The notes under the pieces: generated by a model
The model's database searches: none
What the model was told of the DNA's origin: nothing
Seen by the model: only the letters and a program-made list of their open reading frames with translations
Program-made: the position numbers and the translations under genes
Assembly: GCF_036321535.1 (NCBI RefSeq)
Contig: NC_087438.1
Coordinates: 4,156,001 to 4,220,000 of the forward strand
DNA from: Camelus dromedarius
Taxonomy: Eukaryota
Length of the DNA stretch: 64,000 bases
Direction of reading: 5' to 3'
Shown: positions 61,891 to 64,000 of the stretch, one piece after another
How the letters are laid out: every line of letters begins with the position of its first letter
Position numbering within the stretch: the first letter of the stretch is position 1

Positions 61891-63181
61891 ATTTTCTCAG
61901 CCCTCCCCTTCAAGCAATACTGACCCCCTGGAAATTTTAAACTACGGCTTTGGTCTTCTACCACCTTCTGTGACATTCACCATTGAAGACACTCCTGCCC
62001 CTTACATCCAGAGAAACTCACGGAGATGCCACAAGACTGGCAATGTCCCTCTGTGACCTGCAGACCTTAATGTGTATCGAGAGGCTGCCTGCAGGTGCCC
62101 TGATGAGGCCCAGCCCACATTCATCTGGGTCTGGGGGATCTAATGTGCCAATAGGAACGAGGCCGCCAGCTGTGAGACCACATCAGACGGAGCGAAGCAA
62201 CGGTAGTGTGTCATCACCAGCACAGAACCTTGGTGATTATGCCTGTCCTCTAAATGACAGCACTGATTAAATAGTAATTAATTTCTCAACAGGCTGAATT
62301 AAATAATCAAGTAAGCTGTAGGTAATGCAATTACAACAGTTACTTAACACTTAATTAAATATTCTTACAAGTGCTAACATGGAAAACCTCCCTCTGTCTT
62401 GAAGCAGCCCCGTTGCCATGAAATGATTCTCGTTCGAGGATCTAAGGAGCCGATCAGCAGCCTAGGGTCCCCTTGTGGAACTATACAATTAGGTCCAAAG
62501 GAGCCCAGTTTCTCACCTGCTGTGCACCAGCAGTGAGACCGACCCAGCGCCTGACGGGCCTTCCCTGGGAATCCCAGACCCAGGTGACCTGAAGGGAAAG
62601 AAAGGTGCCGAAAACAGAGCAGAGTTGGTCTCTGTAGAAACCAGACCAGCAGGTGAATACACTGGACTCTGATGGGGACACATCCCAGACGAGCTGGTAA
62701 AAAAGAAGAAAGAAATGAAAGGTGAGTTTCAGAAAGAAGTGGTACCTTCAATAACCACCTTGCTGGCTTCCGGGGCCTTGGGCTTCTGCAGTCAGGTTCT
62801 GGGGACAAAGTGCTCAAGGCCAAGTTCAAGGTTTCACTTGAATTTGTTGTGGCTGGGGCCTGTCCTCCCCTTCTGCGCCTACCTGACGCAGAACAGACAG
62901 CTATCAGCCATGCCCGGGAAGATGTCTTCGTTATAGACATGGCATCTACCCTCAGATTTGGTCATCCTAAAATCTCCTCACAGGAAGGTACAAGCGTGTT
63001 CATAAGACCAGAGGTCATACTGCTCAGAAGACTTAACTTACATGTTGACTGGATCTCAGGTTTTAGTCACATTCCCTTGTGACCCAGTATTATTAAACAG
63101 ATGCATTGGGCAAGGCAGTATTACGGTTATAATAGCTGTGAATAAAGATAATCCTATATTCCTTCTACGTCCTGACAGATC

Positions 63182-63459
63182 TGACGTTAATGACGTCAAA
63201 ACGCGCTTCCTGGGTAATTTCTTGAAGAGTTTGGGGCTCTTGCATCTGTGCTTTAGGCTTAAGATAAACAAGCTTCCCTTCCCACCCCCAGCGCAATGCT
63301 GACCGAGAATAAGGAAACTCATTGACAATGCAGTTTTTAACCTCGTGGTCTCACATGAATATTTACTATCCGGCTGGGAGCTGGCACCCGGAGGCTGCCT
63401 CTCTGCCTCCCTCCCTGCTGCCGTGAGCCATTGTTGGGAGACTGTTGCCATGGCAACAG
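63182..63459. promoter_or_regulatory. Candidate cis-regulatory element: CRE plus RFX X-box
   Basis: TGACGTCA at 63191-63198 with adjacent TGACGTTA at 63182-63189, and a perfect X-box GTTGCCATGGCAAC at 63444-63457, in sequence I do not recognise as repeat. Confidence 0.55.
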
Positions 63460-64000
63460 AGGGCCCCAGAAGGCAAAGAAACTGACAGTCACCCACACAA
63501 AGCGTGGATCTGTGGGCTAATTAGAAGGTTCTGTGCTCAGGGTCACCTTGTAAACGAGAAACGTCAGTCAGAAACGCGCAGTCACAGAGAGCTCCGCGGA
63601 GAAGCCCCAGGAGCTCCCAGCCACGCCTCGGCGCCGTCTGTTCCCACAGTCCAGTCTGTTGCTCCCTGGGTGAGGGACTCACGGGGCATCCTAACCCGTT
63701 GGCTGGGCCAGCTTCTTAAGTGATGGGAATCTATTTTGCATAAAGCAGCAACCTGGAGTGACTGATGAAAAGCAGGCTGCTTTCCTCAGAGCCTGACTTT
63801 GTTCGATCTGATGTTGTTTGTAATTGAAATTGCTTTGAAACGCTTATGGGCTGAAGGTGGTAGGTGGGGACAGTGGACAGCTTAAGGCCAGCTCCCCGGG
63901 TCTGGAATATGGCAGACTACCATCAGTCTAAACAAGGCCGGCATGAGCTCTTTCCTTGGACCCTAATCAGTAGGTGCCCCTTCAGTGGTTCCTGGGACAA

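Overview
Mammalian genomic DNA, very probably from a camelid (alpaca, llama or camel). The evidence is a tRNA-derived Vic-1-type SINE with target-site duplication (TSD) at 14652-14820 plus cetartiodactyl-type L1 3' ends. The window looks intergenic or deep-intronic. I recognise no host protein-coding exon, and the ORF track is explained by L1 remnants, GC-rich repeats and chance ORFs. Much of the window is interspersed repeat. This includes a 4.7-kb L1 that keeps its 5'UTR, ORF1 and the 5' half of ORF2 but lacks its 3' end, several L1 3' fragments, solo LTRs (MLT1, MLT2, MER21-like, LTR16, LTR33 and an ERV1 LTR with a 4-bp TSD), MER5, and MIR and L2 relics. I find no convincing new biological system. 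The best leads are: (i) a repeat-free regulatory cluster at about 62.3-63.5 kb with a perfect palindromic RFX X-box and a CRE; (ii) local AT-to-GC substitution bursts inside repeats, which may be footprints of GC-biased gene conversion; (iii) a candidate pair of minus-strand exons at 753-1300; (iv) a fold-back of the target site at an L1 5' junction; (v) several AT-rich, enhancer-like unique blocks. Repeat family names come from remembered consensus sequences, not from a database search.
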